Source: Azolla caroliniana
Lineage: Eukaryota; Plantae; Polypodiophyta
Assembly (NCBI GenBank): GCA_043228905.1
Contig: JBHGNT010000015.1
Location: 6,448,001 to 6,512,000 of the forward strand
Length of the DNA stretch: 64,000 bases
Reading direction: 5' to 3'
Shown: positions 12,686 to 24,639 of the stretch, piece after piece
How the letters are laid out: each line of letters opens with the position of its first letter
How positions within the stretch are numbered: position 1 is the first letter of the stretch
Program-made: the position numbers and the translations under genes
The notes under the pieces: model-generated
Told to the model about the DNA's origin: nothing
Database searches by the model: none
The model's input: the letters and a program-made list of their open reading frames with translations, nothing else

Positions 12686-13902
12686 TCTTCATCTAATTGA
12701 CTAAGGATTTCAAATTTATTTGAGATACTTGGGCTATTAGTACTATGAATACTATCAAACACTCTATTAGTACTATTAATACTATCAGACACTCCTAAGG
12801 GAAGAATTGACTCGGGTTTAGTACAGGCTACAATTTGATTTACCTGTCTTCTTGGGCTATGGGGACAATTGATTGTGATATGCCCTGGTCCACCGCAATA
12901 AAGACATAATCGATTTGCACGTCGTCGTTGCTTTTCTTCTTCCGATAACGGGCCGCGTCGACGCATGGTATTGATCTCCATCGGTGTCGAAGTATTTGCT
13001 TGAGGTATGTCTCGTGCAAACGGTCTAGCCGTGACTGCGGCGTAAGTGGGCTCCGGCCTAGCGCGTGGTATCTGTAATTGACGTTCCGAACGCTGTTCGA
13101 AGAGGCGGTTGTCACATCGGACCGCTCGACTGATGGCCTCCGTAAGAGACTTTGGTTCTTCGGGGAAGGTTAGAAGTAGATCTTTGACATCATTTCGCAG
13201 GCCATAGCGAAACTGCTCCATTAGTGCTTGATCATCCCAGGGTATGTCGGAAGTGAGTAGGCGGAAATCTGCCGCGTAGGCAGAGGCTGGACGATCGCCT
13301 TGACGCAATCGCCGGATCTTGTTCATCGTCGTCCTGATGCTGTCGGTGTCTCCAAAGCAGGCTTTGAACTCACTAATAAAATCTTCAAAGTTATTAAGCA
13401 AGGGCGATTGTTTTTCTAGAAGCGGAGCGAACCATGCTAAGGCTGAGCCGCTAAGCAACGTGCCTATTAAGCCGACTCGTGATGCATCAATGGGGTATCG
13501 GGAAGGATGCATTTGGAGGACTAATCGTACCTGATTAAGGAATCCCCTGAATTGCGATCGCGTTCCATCAAATTTCATAGGAAGTCCAATCTTCGGCTCT
13601 TTATGAAATCCTTGGGGACTTGATCCTTGTTGTTGCAATGCAGCTTTGAGTTGTTGCACTCGTAACGCTAACTCCCCATGCTGTTGCTGCGTTTGTTGCT
13701 TTTCTAGAGCGATTTGTTGCAGATCCCCTATCAGCCGTTGGTTTTCTTGTTCCAGGGAAACAAACTTTTCTTTTAGGCACTGTAACTCGGAGAAAATGGA
13801 TTGATATTCTTGGGCGCTAACAATAGCCATAGTAGAGGGAAAAGGGTAGGAGGATGAGGGAGAACGACAAGTAGGCTGGAGGAAAGAGGAAATTTGGTTC
13901 AA
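12673..13902 (-). CDS. gag: Chromovirus Gag (sushi/PEG10-type capsid, N-terminal coiled coil, CCHC knuckle)
   Basis: Open 409-codon frame with EPKIGLPMKFDGTR...GSALAWF, LRQG..ASAYAADFR and CLYCGGPGHITINC. Confidence 0.92.
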   Translation of the reverse strand: MNQISSFLQPTCRSPSSSYPFPSTMAIVSAQEYQSIFSELQCLKEKFVSLEQENQRLIGDLQQIALEKQQTQQQHGELALRVQQLKAALQQQGSSPQGFHKEPKIGLPMKFDGTRSQFRGFLNQVRLVLQMHPSRYPIDASRVGLIGTLLSGSALAWFAPLLEKQSPLLNNFEDFISEFKACFGDTDSIRTTMNKIRRLRQGDRPASAYAADFRLLTSDIPWDDQALMEQFRYGLRNDVKDLLLTFPEEPKSLTEAISRAVRCDNRLFEQRSERQLQIPRARPEPTYAAVTARPFARDIPQANTSTPMEINTMRRRGPLSEEEKQRRRANRLCLYCGGPGHITINCPHSPRRQVNQIVACTKPESILPLGVSDSINSTNRVFDSIHSTNSPSISNKFEILSQLDEELND

Positions 13903-14692
13903 ACTGTCAGGAATAGTACTAAAACAGAGATGGAATTAGTACTAAGAAGAGTAGTACTATTAGTACTAAGAGGACGGGACTGCGTAATATTCCCGAGAGA
14001 GAGGAAGTGAGAAGAGGAGAGAGAGAGAGAGAGATAAGATGATGACAACAACTCTTATATTATATGAAAGATAAGTACAAATCGGCTAAGAGGCTTAAGA
14101 CTAGTGTTGAACCAATTTGGTTCAACATAATGCCTAGTGCCCTCTTTTATAGTGTTCTCAAGAATAATCCTGAAGCTTCTAGAATTTTCCAGAGAGATCT
14201 AGAATATACATCAATTTTCTATGATAAAGCATAAATGAAAATAATATCTTACGTATTACAATTCATAGTCTAATGGTAAGAGCTCGACCCATGTAGTATA
14301 AGGTCATGGGTTCGAGTCTTGCCATATCATGACAAACAAAGTGTGTGTATCATTGTTGTTGTCATTATTTTGTATAGAGTTATTGGTGTAACTGATGTAC
14401 AGAGCGTAGCAGAGGAAGAGGAAGAGAGACAGAGTGAGTCTTTGTTGTAACCGCCTCAAGGCGAAGATTGTGAGCAGGAGGTCGTTGCTTCTATCCTTAC
14501 TTGTTGTATTCCTCTCGACATAGTGATAGTTGGAGTTTGTGAACTCCCGTGGTTTTTCCTATTTAGGGTTTTCCACGTTAACATTCTTTTCTGTTTGTGT
14601 GCTTACTTCCATTTCTCCATTTTTACTGTGTTTGATTATCATTAAGTGATCCAAGCCTCGGTTGTGGCCGAAGATTATTCCGCATATTCTCA

Positions 14693-14863
14693 TAAGATGC
14701 GACTTTCTTCCCTTTGGCGAACATATCGGTATCGACGTTGTTCATCTCGAGGATAAACATCCTCCCTTCTCGGCGCCCTTGCGCGATGATTTTGTCTTTT
14801 TCTTCGATGAAGTACCTGAGATGAGTAAATCAAATTTGCATGCCCTTGTCGACAATTTGTCTG
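14693..14863 (-). mobile_element. Fragment of an older copia (pre-integrase region), basal host of the nest
   Basis: Reverse translation DKIIAQGRREGRMFILEMNNVDTDMFAKGK matches the copia segment near 4495-4580. Confidence 0.8.
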
Positions 14864-17861
14864 TGTTGAGAATTGAACTCAACTTCCCATAGAAATAGGT
14901 TTCACACTAGCTCATGGACATACCAAGCTAGTTTTGTAAATAGTAAAAAGGGCCCTTGCCCTAGTTTAGTTGGTATTTAAACCAACCTTTTCTAACTTTG
15001 TTATTATTGGAAGTAATACATAGTTGTGTCATCTTAAGTCTCTCTCTCTGTTAGTTTCGCATAAGTGCTCATATGTGCGCACAGACACACAGACACACAG
15101 ACACACATAGTCCTACCGTTGTATACAATCACTCTCCTTTCTTTACATGGTATCAAAGTGTGTAGTTTTTTGATCAAGACTAATCGACTATGGTGTTCTA
15201 CATACTGACGATCAAGAAAACCGGTTCAAGAAACAGAGAAGAAATCATCATGAATACTCAGATGGGAAGTGCTCTTCCGACGGAGAAGCTCGACAAGACA
15301 AACTTCGCATCTTGGGAGTACAAGATGCATCAGTACCTTGTCGGACAAGGATACTGGAGCTATATTGAAGGAGCTCACGAAACGCAGCCCAACCCAACAC
15401 ACGTTGACTATCTTGTTTGCGAACAGGCCGCAAGTTGTGTGTTGTATTGTCTTGCATCATGTGTACATGATCACATGCTTGACTATATTCGAGAGATGAA
15501 AACGCCGAAAGAAGTGTGGGTCAAGAGGATCTTTGTGGCCAATACGGCTGCCCGCAAGCTCCAACTTCGTTAGGAGTTGAATGGCATTCAACAAAGGGAC
15601 ATGTCAATCGGCAGCTACGCCTTGAAGATCAAGGAGTCGTGCGATGCCCTCGAGTCGATCAATGTTGGCATTGACGACGAAGAAATGGTGCAGATATGCC
15701 TCAGAGGCTTGGCACCTCAATTCAGCGCAATAAGGTTCACCGTCCTCGCAAGAGAGAATCCTCCCACCTTTTTCGATCTCCAGTCAATATTGTTGGTCAA
15801 GGAAAATCACGCCCGACAAAGGAGCAACGCACGAGAGGTTTAAATGCTCCACTCCCAATCAGATGATAGAAGAAATTTCGGCCGTGGGAGGAGAGGTCGA
15901 TTCGAACAAGGCCGTCACGGTCAACAGACCCAAGAGGATAACTCCCACTAGTGGCAAGTAGACAACAAAAATTCTAGAGAGTTTAGCAGAAGGAGGAGTC
16001 ATCATGCCGGACCAAGCAATCACAATAACCCAATCGAATGCAGATACTATGGAAAACTCAGACACTACAAAGAGGAGTGCCGAAAGAAGAAGCAAGCACC
16101 ACACCCTCAGATAATGTATGGTTCGTTGACTCAACAACATCCAATCATATGAAATCTCATGAAGATTGGTTCCGGGAATTACGAAAGCCCAAATGTCCCG
16201 GATATGTCGAAACAGGCGATGACACAACTCATTCAATACGGCATATTGGGAACGTCCCATTCGGAAACGAAGACAAACAAACCTACCTCAAAAATGTCCT
16301 GCATGTCCCAACCATCACGAAGAACCTGGTCTCGGTCGGTCAAAATTGTCAAACAAGGCATGCAAGTACGATTCAACATTGATGGATGCTTCATTGAAAA
16401 AGACGATCGAGTGGTAGCTCACGGCTGTCGTGAAGGCCGAATGTTCATCCTCGAGTCGAGCAAGGTGAAGTCGGCTATGTTTGCTAATGGCATCAAAGTC
16501 CAGAAGCGAATTGGCCACATCAACCTCCAGAAGCTCCAGAAGCTCCAGAATATGCAATCAAAAGGAGTCGTAATTGAACTCCCGAACTTCACCACGAAGG
16601 AGATTACGGGCGTATGCGAAGTGTGCCAGTTTGGAAAGCAACACCAACATGCATTCCCGAAAGAGTGGAATGTGAGCAAAGGGATCCTCGATGTCGTACA
16701 TTCAGATGTATGGGGACTGGCCTAGACAACCACACTCGGTGGATGCCGATATTACATCACATTCATTGACGACTTCTCCAAGCACACCTGGATCTCCCCG
16801 ATGAGACAGAAGAGCGAAGTGTTCAGATACTTCTAGAGGTTCAAAGCTGAAGTTGAAAAAACTACGGGTCGGCACGTACACTGCCTTCGATCAGATGGAG
16901 GCAAAGATCATTTCTCGGATGTGTTTATGACGTATCTCCGAAAGGAAGGAATCCGACGAGAATTTTCATGCCGTCACACACCTCATCAAAATCTGCCGAA
17001 ATCGTATTGGGCAGAAGCGAGGAACACAGTCGTATACCTCATGAATAGGTGCAGAACCTTGGGAGTACACGACGTAACCCCCCATCAGAAGTTCTTTGGA
17101 AAGAAGTGAAACTTATCACATGTCCGTATTTTTGGCTCAATCGCGTACGTTCACATCCCCGACGAGAAGCAACAAAAGCTCGACTCGAAGTCGAAGAAAT
17201 GCATCCTCATAGGATACTCACTGGAGCAAAAGGGGTACAAGTGCTATAACCCCTCAACTCGAAAATCTCGAGTGAGTTGAGACATCGCTTTCGACGAGTC
17301 CGCATCCTGGTACGCACCACAGACGACTTTGACTCTGATTCCGCTCGACCCGAAATACACCAAAATAAAGATAGAAGCTGAAGATTAGCTCACTCGCATG
17401 TATGAAGAAAGCCTGATTACGACAAGGCTTAGTGGGCCACAAGAGCCTCCGAGTGATCAAAGCACATCTCGGTCGAGTTTGAAGCTAGACAAAGGGAAGG
17501 CGAAAATGCTGGAGTATTAATACGATCACTTCGACGGCAACGAATCGACTCACTCCCTCGATAGCGAGCTCGGAGGTCTTGACATCCAGAAAAATGGAGC
17601 GAAGAAAGCCTTAGTATCCGCAAACGAGAAGCTCCGCCGATCCCACCATGAAAAGAACCCCGTATCGGCTACAACGATTATATGGCGTACCATTACGCTT
17701 TTATGATGAAGGTAGCGTCATTACGGGAGCTAGAAACCCTTTCCGAAGCTGTAACGGATCCCCGATGGGTCGACGCGATGAATGAAGAAATGCAAACCTT
17801 ATGCAAAAACAAGACATGGGATCTCGTTCCTCACACTCCGCACAAGAAAGCGATTGGCTGT
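14864..17861 (+). mobile_element. Ty1/copia 5' portion (LTR ~14864-15147, PBS 15148, gag-PR-INT, start of RT), truncated by an insertion
   Basis: TGTTGAG...TTTACA followed by TGGTATCAAAG. Motifs LPTEKLDKTNF, WFVDSTTSNHM, VHSDVWG, TWDLVP..KKAIGC. Confidence 0.88.
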
Positions 17862-18032
17862 TGTTGTTGGAGTGGGGGGTGAAGCTTAGAATGGATTCAC
17901 CCCCCACCCAAGGGGATTACAATAGAGAGAGCTAAGGAGAGTCAGAATACAAGATGACACTAAAAATGAGGGGCAAAAACTATATTCCGTATGTGCCCCC
18001 ATAAGGTGTTTTTATAGTACATAATGTAACGG
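17862..18032 (-). repeat. Partial LTR of an unidentified element (TATA to LTR end) with a 12-bp hairpin
   Basis: Interrupts the copia RT with TGTTG. TATAAAAA on minus at ~18009-18016. Inverted repeat GTGGGGGGTGAA/TTCACCCCCCAC at 17872-17907. Confidence 0.55.
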
Positions 18033-18804
18033 TGTCGCGTTGTTACGCGCGTGCGTGGAGAACGAGGCGGGACCACGGGGGCCTCGGACCGAGAAATAAC
18101 CGAATGAGGGGAGGGGAAGGAGACTAACGATGTAATTCACACGCGCACAGAACCACAGAATCACAGGAATTGCAACTAACTATAGAACGCGAGATGGAGA
18201 CAGAACGAATGTTTATGTATATATAAATCAAGGTGTTACAACCGGCAAGCCGGTGACTGATGGGCTTCGACGCCTACGCGCGCGCACACACACACACGCA
18301 CACACAGAATGCGAGATGGAGGCTCTACCGGGAGCACTCGGGCGTCCCGCGGAGCAGAGTTAGCCTCCCGAAACCTGCACAGAACGATTATGGAGACGAC
18401 AGAGGAGAGGAGAAGCGCTCGATTCTAGTCCGGCAGAAGTTCGTCCTCCACAAAACACGATGACCCCCCCCTTTTTTTACCTCACTTCTCCCTCTCTTTT
18501 ATAGCCCAAGGAGGGAGGCCATTACCACCTGTACATCATGTTTATTCCTTGTCCTTTCGAACAGGGATACGCCTCGATTTCCTCCCTACCGAATGCGTGC
18601 TACCTAGGATTTCGCCTCATGCGACTTGTACCTACCTATGTACTATACAACAAAACTTGTGCCCACGTGTAAGGGTCGGTTTACGCACGTTATACCCGGT
18701 TTCCGCCTAGGGATGGTTTTCTCCACGACATCCGCCCCCACCTAACCGCGTATCCACCGGTATGCGCCAAAATTAGACTCTCGCCGGAGAAGATCGGCCC
18801 ACGC

Positions 18805-21800
18805 TTATCCTTCGTCTTCCGGATCGGCATTCATTCCGAGCCGGTCGTTGTTGCTATCCAGGTCGTCCGGGTCCGGTTCAGCCTCGTGCCACTTTTTGAA
18901 TGCTTTGATCCTTTTCCCCGCCACTGGTACCGCCATCCTTGTCCCGTCGAGCTCCGCGAGATGGTAGGTCCCGTTGTCGTTGGCGCTTGTCACCACATAC
19001 GGCCCGAACCACCTTCTTGTAAACTTCCGTGTTGCCCTGTGCTGGTTGTCGAGGCTGTTGTCATATACTAGAACCCAGTCGCCTTCCTCGATCTTCTTCG
19101 GTCTTAGTCGGTGAGTCTGGTCAAACCGTCATTTGTTCTTTACCCTCGCCGCCCGTAGCTTCTCTGTGGCTCGGTCCACGTCCTCCGGTCTTCGCTCCAG
19201 CTGCCGAATCTGTGCCTCTAACAACTCCTCCCGGCTCATCTCATCCTTCTAGTCCATCGTGGCCCACAAGGAGATTGTCTGCTCCATTGGCATGATCGGC
19301 TTCTACCCGGTACATTAGCTCTGCCGTCATGAACCCGGTTACCGAACTGTGCATGGTTTGGTCCGCCCACAACGCATAGGGTAAGAGCCGCGGCCAGTTC
19401 CCGACATGGCCTCCACATGCCCGTACCAACGCTTTGACGATCGGCCTGTGCCCACACTCCACCATCCCGTTAGCCTCCGAATTGTACGCGGTGGTGAGCG
19501 AGAGTTTAATCCTTAGCCGGTCAAATAGCTCTTCCGCCTCTTGCGCGTCCAATTCTCCGTGGTCGGCCACGATCTTACCTACACACCCGTATCAGCATAC
19601 CACTTCTTCGATCAGAAACCGACACACGGCTGCAGTCGTTTTGTTCTGTAACGCTTGGCCTTCCACCTGGTTTGTCAGGTCTTCCCGAGCCAGCACCCGA
19701 TACCGCATCTTCCCTACCCCCATCAACATCGTCACCAGATCCACCATCCACTTGAACTGGACGGTCGGAGGGTAGGTCGGGTGGAGCTCATTCCGATGTC
19801 AGGCTATGGAGTGCACTTGACAGCTTTCGCAAGTCGTCACGAACCGATGCACGTCCCGGTATAGCCCTGGCCCACGTCCCACGGTGTCCGGCCCAGGTAC
19901 TCTCGTGGTACGCCGTCAACAATTCTTTCTATTCCTCTTTCTTCGCCACCACTCGGAGCGGGATGTCGTTTCTCTTCTTCGGGTGCTTCCATATGCTCCC
20001 ATCCCGTGGGAAGAATCGATACGCTTTCTTCCGAATTCGGTTGGTCTCTTCCTTCGTCCATGTCGCGTCCGGTGTCAATGTCTTCAGGAACCCGCCGATC
20101 TGGAGCCACTCCCCGTCGTACTTGCTCTCTGCGAAATCGTTAAGCGCCGGAGTGCTCCCCTTTCTTGTTGTCATGTGAGCTGTCCCGAAAAAGTCCTCGC
20201 CGACTTCTTCGTTATTCGAAACCATGTCGTCCTCGTCACTGAACCGCGCCCTTGAAAGCATATCAGCAATGGCATTATCTTTTCCGGAGATGTGCCGTAT
20301 CTCCGGGCTCAGGGACTTGATGTATGCGATCCACCTGAGCATCGCCAGGTCCAGAGTCGTGCATCCGGAGACCATACCCAGAATCGGTAGGCAGTCCATC
20401 TCGATGATCACTTCCGTCCCGATCAGATAGTCCTTGTCGGCCTTGACGGCCAAAACGATACCCAATAGCTCGCGCTTGATTTGGGCGTATCCTCGCTGCC
20501 GCTCGCTCAATACCTTTGCCCTGAACCGGATCGGGAACCGTACGCCGTCTTCATCTTCTTGATTGATCACCCACCCGATCCTGGTGGGGCTCGTGTCCAC
20601 CGTCACGTAAACGGGGGTTTCCTTTCCGTAAACCACTTTTCGGAGAGCCGGTGCCGCGGCAAGCACCTCCTTCAGTCTCCGGACCGAATCTGCATGCTCT
20701 GTCCTCCATTCGAATTGGCGCCCTTTCTTTAATAACCCGTAAAGCGGCTCCGCGACATGTGCGTAGTGCAAAATCCAGATGTGATAGAACGCACACGCCC
20801 CAAGGATCCTCCGGACCTCCGTGACCGACCCGCAATCGTCCTTCATCGCGGAGATGGCTTCTACCTTCGCCGGGGACGGCTTCCGGCCATAAGGCCCGCA
20901 CAGGTGTCCGACTACCAGGATCTCCGGCTGTCCGAAGGCTGATTTTTCTCTGGAGAAGGTGAGTCGCGCGCTCTCGAGTCTTTGTAGCACCTTCTCGCAA
21001 TCGCGGATGTGATCCGTCATGAACCTCCGGCAACCGTCGGGCCCGACCGACTCGTCCTTGTCCTCCACCGGACATCCTTTGATCAGGATGTCGTCCAGAA
21101 ACGGCATGGTGATGTCCGGGATGTAGTCCCTCAACACCTTGTTCATCGCATTCACCATGTGCGCCACCGAGTGCGTTTCTTCTTGCGGCAGGGTACACAT
21201 CAGAACTAGGCCGAGAGGAGTCCACATTGTCGTGACATCCCTGCTCTCTACAGCTAGCTGGAACTGATCGTAGCTTGAGTACAGGTCCCCGACCGAGTAG
21301 ATCGACCTCCTTGCGAAGGCCTCCGTGAACTCATCGATGGTCGGTTCGATACCTGTGTTTCGAATGGTCACCTTGTTGACCGGTTGCAGGTCCTATATGA
21401 AGCACAGTGTGCCGTTCTTCTTCGGCACGGTAAACCACTGATTCGAATATGGGGCACTCGACGGTTTGAGGATGCCCATCTCGACCTTCTGTTTCAGCAG
21501 CTCCATTAGCTTCGGGATGTGAGCTCTGGGTACCGAAATCAGTTTGAGACTCCACGGCACATGTGGTACCTTGAAGATCACCATTGGTTCCACAACCTTC
21601 GGGTCTACGCACCTGATCTCCTTCGGTGAGAATGCGAAAGCCTTCCCGTGCCTCCCGAGTATTCTCCAAAACTGGTCCTCTTCCGCCGACAGTAGAAAAC
21701 CACGCCCACCGATCTTGAGCTCCCATAGCGTTATGTCGGTGAACGTGTGTCCTATGTTGGCCAGATCTCGTAAACTTGGGTCTGACGCGACCCCCTTTAT

Positions 21801-24324
21801 CCGTAACTCGCTGCCCTCCGGCAAGGGTGCCGCGACTAGCCTCACCTTCTGGTCCACAATCTTGTACTTCGTATCCACTCGGGCCGTCTGATCCGACTCG
21901 AGTCCATTACCGAAGTCGGCGATGACTTCGTACATCTTTTCCGAACATACCTGAATCGTCCGGTCCTCATTAAGGCCTTCTCCGAACACCTCCCGTAACT
22001 TCCCCAAGGTGTCGTTGAAAGAGACCGCCTCCACGGTTCCGTTGATTTCCTCTTCAGGGCCCGAAGTCGCTCCTCTACCCGCTTCTTTTCCTGGCCATCG
22101 TACAACCACCGCTATCGGAGAACCAAAATTTTCTACCTATGGTACAAGTGTTTTTGCCTATAGTACAACTGTGGGGTTTTTCCGGGGTGTCCGGACTATC
22201 GCGGCCCCATGCCTTGATAGCCCTCTCTAAAAATCCCCTTGGTTTTCGGCACCAAGGGTCTCGTGGTTATGCTCATGGTTCGGTCGCACCGTTAGGAACT
22301 GGACCGAGTGATGCCCATCCTGGGTCTTGACTCGTGCATATGCCGAACCGTTGTCCAACACCTTTGTCTCCATGCGCGCCGCCGTGATGTACAGTTCTCC
22401 GAGTATCACCGGGTGCGATGACGTCTCCTGCACGAAGAAGTGTTGATCAATCTCGACATCACCGATTTTCACTCGTACATTCGGGCAGGCTCCGTGGCGC
22501 GTGTTGCTGCCCGTATCTTCCATCCGTGCTTGGTGTTGATCGGCCACTTTCCCTTCTTGTAGAAGTCCATGGACATCAAGTTGATCTCCAAACCGTGGTC
22601 TACCAACACCACTACCGGCTAATGGACGTTCCCGATCCGAACAGGGGTTTCCGTAGTGGCTCTGGCCCAATGTCGCCTCGAGTAGTGGCTTTTTGCCAAT
22701 TCGTCCTCCATGGCTATGTCTTCTAGGTGTGCCGTTCGCACCTCCACCGCCTTCTCCGGCTCCGTCGAAAGCCTTTTCCGCTTCACCAAGTCTACGATGG
22801 AGTCATGGAACTCTTTGGCGATGCCGAGCACTTCCTTCGATGACAGCTCCACTTTGCTGTCGAGGATACGTTCCTCGAGGACCTTTCGCAGGTCTGTGGT
22901 CCTCTTGATCTCCGTGCTCAGCCGGTACCCGACCCTCTTGGCTTTATCCGGTGCGCCGGTGTCACCGACATCATTTTGCTTCGGCCCAAACCGGATCTCA
23001 TACCGTTGTGAGGGTCCGGCCCCCCCGGTCTTCCCCGCACGCTTGTCTTCCACCAGAGCCTCGTATTTCTGGCACGCGACTTCCACGAAGCCCGTCTTTT
23101 CTTCAACCGGGTCATTCCACCCCGTTACCTCCCGGACCCGTCTTTCCGCGCGGTCCGCTTCCTCTTTCTTCAGTCATACGCCGGCGAGGCCTTCCAGCAC
23201 CAACGGCCAGAATCCGGCTTCCTTCATCTTTCGGACCTTGTCAATTCCGACCCGGATTCCAACTGATGACGAGTAGTGGACGATCTCCGCGTGGCGAGCT
23301 GCCGCTTCTTCCATCAGTCGTTTCATACCCCCTCGTCCGATATTCAGATCCAGGGCCCTTCGGGTCTCGCTAGCGTGCACTCGACCGTTCCATAGGTACA
23401 TCACATTAGCTCTTATCGCTTCGGCGAAGTCCCCGCAATCCTTTCGGGCGTGGCCGACCGCGTCGCACCATAAGCACTAGTTCACAGCCAGAGTCCTTCG
23501 GTCTCAGACTTGTTCGCCACCGTCCCTCCGTGTTTGCGCAATTTGGAGGTCCCTCACCATCTGAGTCAGCTCCTCCAGAGCCGCTCCTCCGGACGAGCCC
23601 TTGACCATGCTGGTCGAAGTCGAGCCGGTCTCGAGCCAGTCTCGGGTCTCTTCCCTTCGCGCCGGTGGGTGTATCTCGACCTTCCTTGTCGCAACGGAAC
23701 CCGCCCCCGTCAATCCTTTATCGACCCACTCACGCCGTTTGTCAAAACGGTCGTAGACTCTCTTTACCACGGCCCAATCGGTCGTTAGGCCGTCATCGGT
23801 CTCCAGCAGGAAGCCCACTTGCTCCCGGTCCCTTGCATCCACCGATTTAACGAACAATAAGACATGACTTGTGTCCAGTATGGTCCGGTCCAACGTCGAA
23901 AGACGTGTGAAGCGTTCTTCAAACTCCCGAAGGAGCACCGACGCGTTTCTCCCCTTTTCGGCGGTCTCCACCCATTCCATGAAGTCCTGCTTCGATAGCC
24001 GAAGCGCGTCATCAAGCCCGAAATTTTCAAGGAGCTGACCTTCAAACTCTTCCCAGGTTCGACTCTCAGCCCGTACCTCAAGCACCTCCGCGTGGATGCC
24101 CGGCACTGCCACCCATGGGAATCCAGCCAATCGCCTGTCCTCCGGGATGTCCCTCATCACCATTTTGGCTCAGTAAGCCTCCAAATAGCTCGTGGCATCC
24201 TTCCCACTGAACCGGCCTATCGTGCCAACGACTGCCTCAATAGCCCTATCGAGGGCGCCTGTGCCTTCTTGCGCACTCACTATCCGATTCACTACCCTTT
24301 CATCTTTCTATTCCTTTGTCGCAT
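18805..24324 (-). pseudogene. gag-PR / RT-RH-INT pseudogene of Trp-primed gypsy copy 1
   Basis: RT motifs PYSNQWFTVPKKNG and PFLDD, RH VTVDTS, INT ADHGEL and EANGMVE, GPY motif. Many stops. Confidence 0.88.
22180..22236 (-). promoter_or_regulatory. -1 frameshift signal G_GAT_TTT plus predicted H-type pseudoknot (PR/RT junction)
   Basis: Heptamer at 22236-22230 directly before TAG. Stem GGGCTATC/GATAGTCC. The -1 frame peptide is conserved with copy 2. Confidence 0.75.
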
Positions 24325-24587
24325 GTTCACGTTGGGTTCACCAAATATGTCGCGTTGTTAGGCGCGTGCGTGGAGAACGAGGCGGGACCACGGGGCCTCA
24401 GACCGAGAAATAACCGAATGAGGGGAGGGGAAGGAGACTAACGATGTAATTCACACGTGCACAGAACCACAGAATCACAAGAATTGCAACTACCTACAGA
24501 ATGCGAGATGGAGACAGAACGAATGTTTATGTATATATAAATCAACGTGTTACAACCGGCAAGTTGGCGTGTGATGGGCTTTGACGC

Positions 24588-24590
<3 letters not shown>

Positions 24591-24636
<46 letters not shown>
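24591..24636 (+). repeat. (CA)n microsatellite inside the LTR, expanded relative to the sister LTR (18282-18306)
   Basis: About 23 CA units versus a shorter, interrupted tract in the 3' LTR. Confidence 0.9.

Positions 24637-24639
<3 letters not shown>

Larger units (their letters stand above)
8696..14334 (-). mobile_element. Full-length Ty3/gypsy chromovirus (Tcn1/Tf1-sushi-like)
   Basis: LTRs 13905-14334 (5') and 8696-9119 (3'), TGTCA...TGACA. Flanks AACAG/AACAA (5-bp TSD with 1 mismatch). PPT AAGGGGGAGATAG at 9120-9132 (minus). Order gag, PR-RT-RH-INT-chromodomain. Confidence 0.95.
2453..14692 (+). repeat. 3' LTR of the first copia (~605 bp when reassembled: 2453-2682 + 8674-8695 + 14340-14692), split by two nested insertions
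   Basis: Starts TG just after the PPT. TATAAAT at 2654-2660. Resumes after each nested element's TSD. Ends ...TTCTCA at 14692, an end supported by a related reverse-strand LTR at 48102-48350. Confidence 0.75.
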
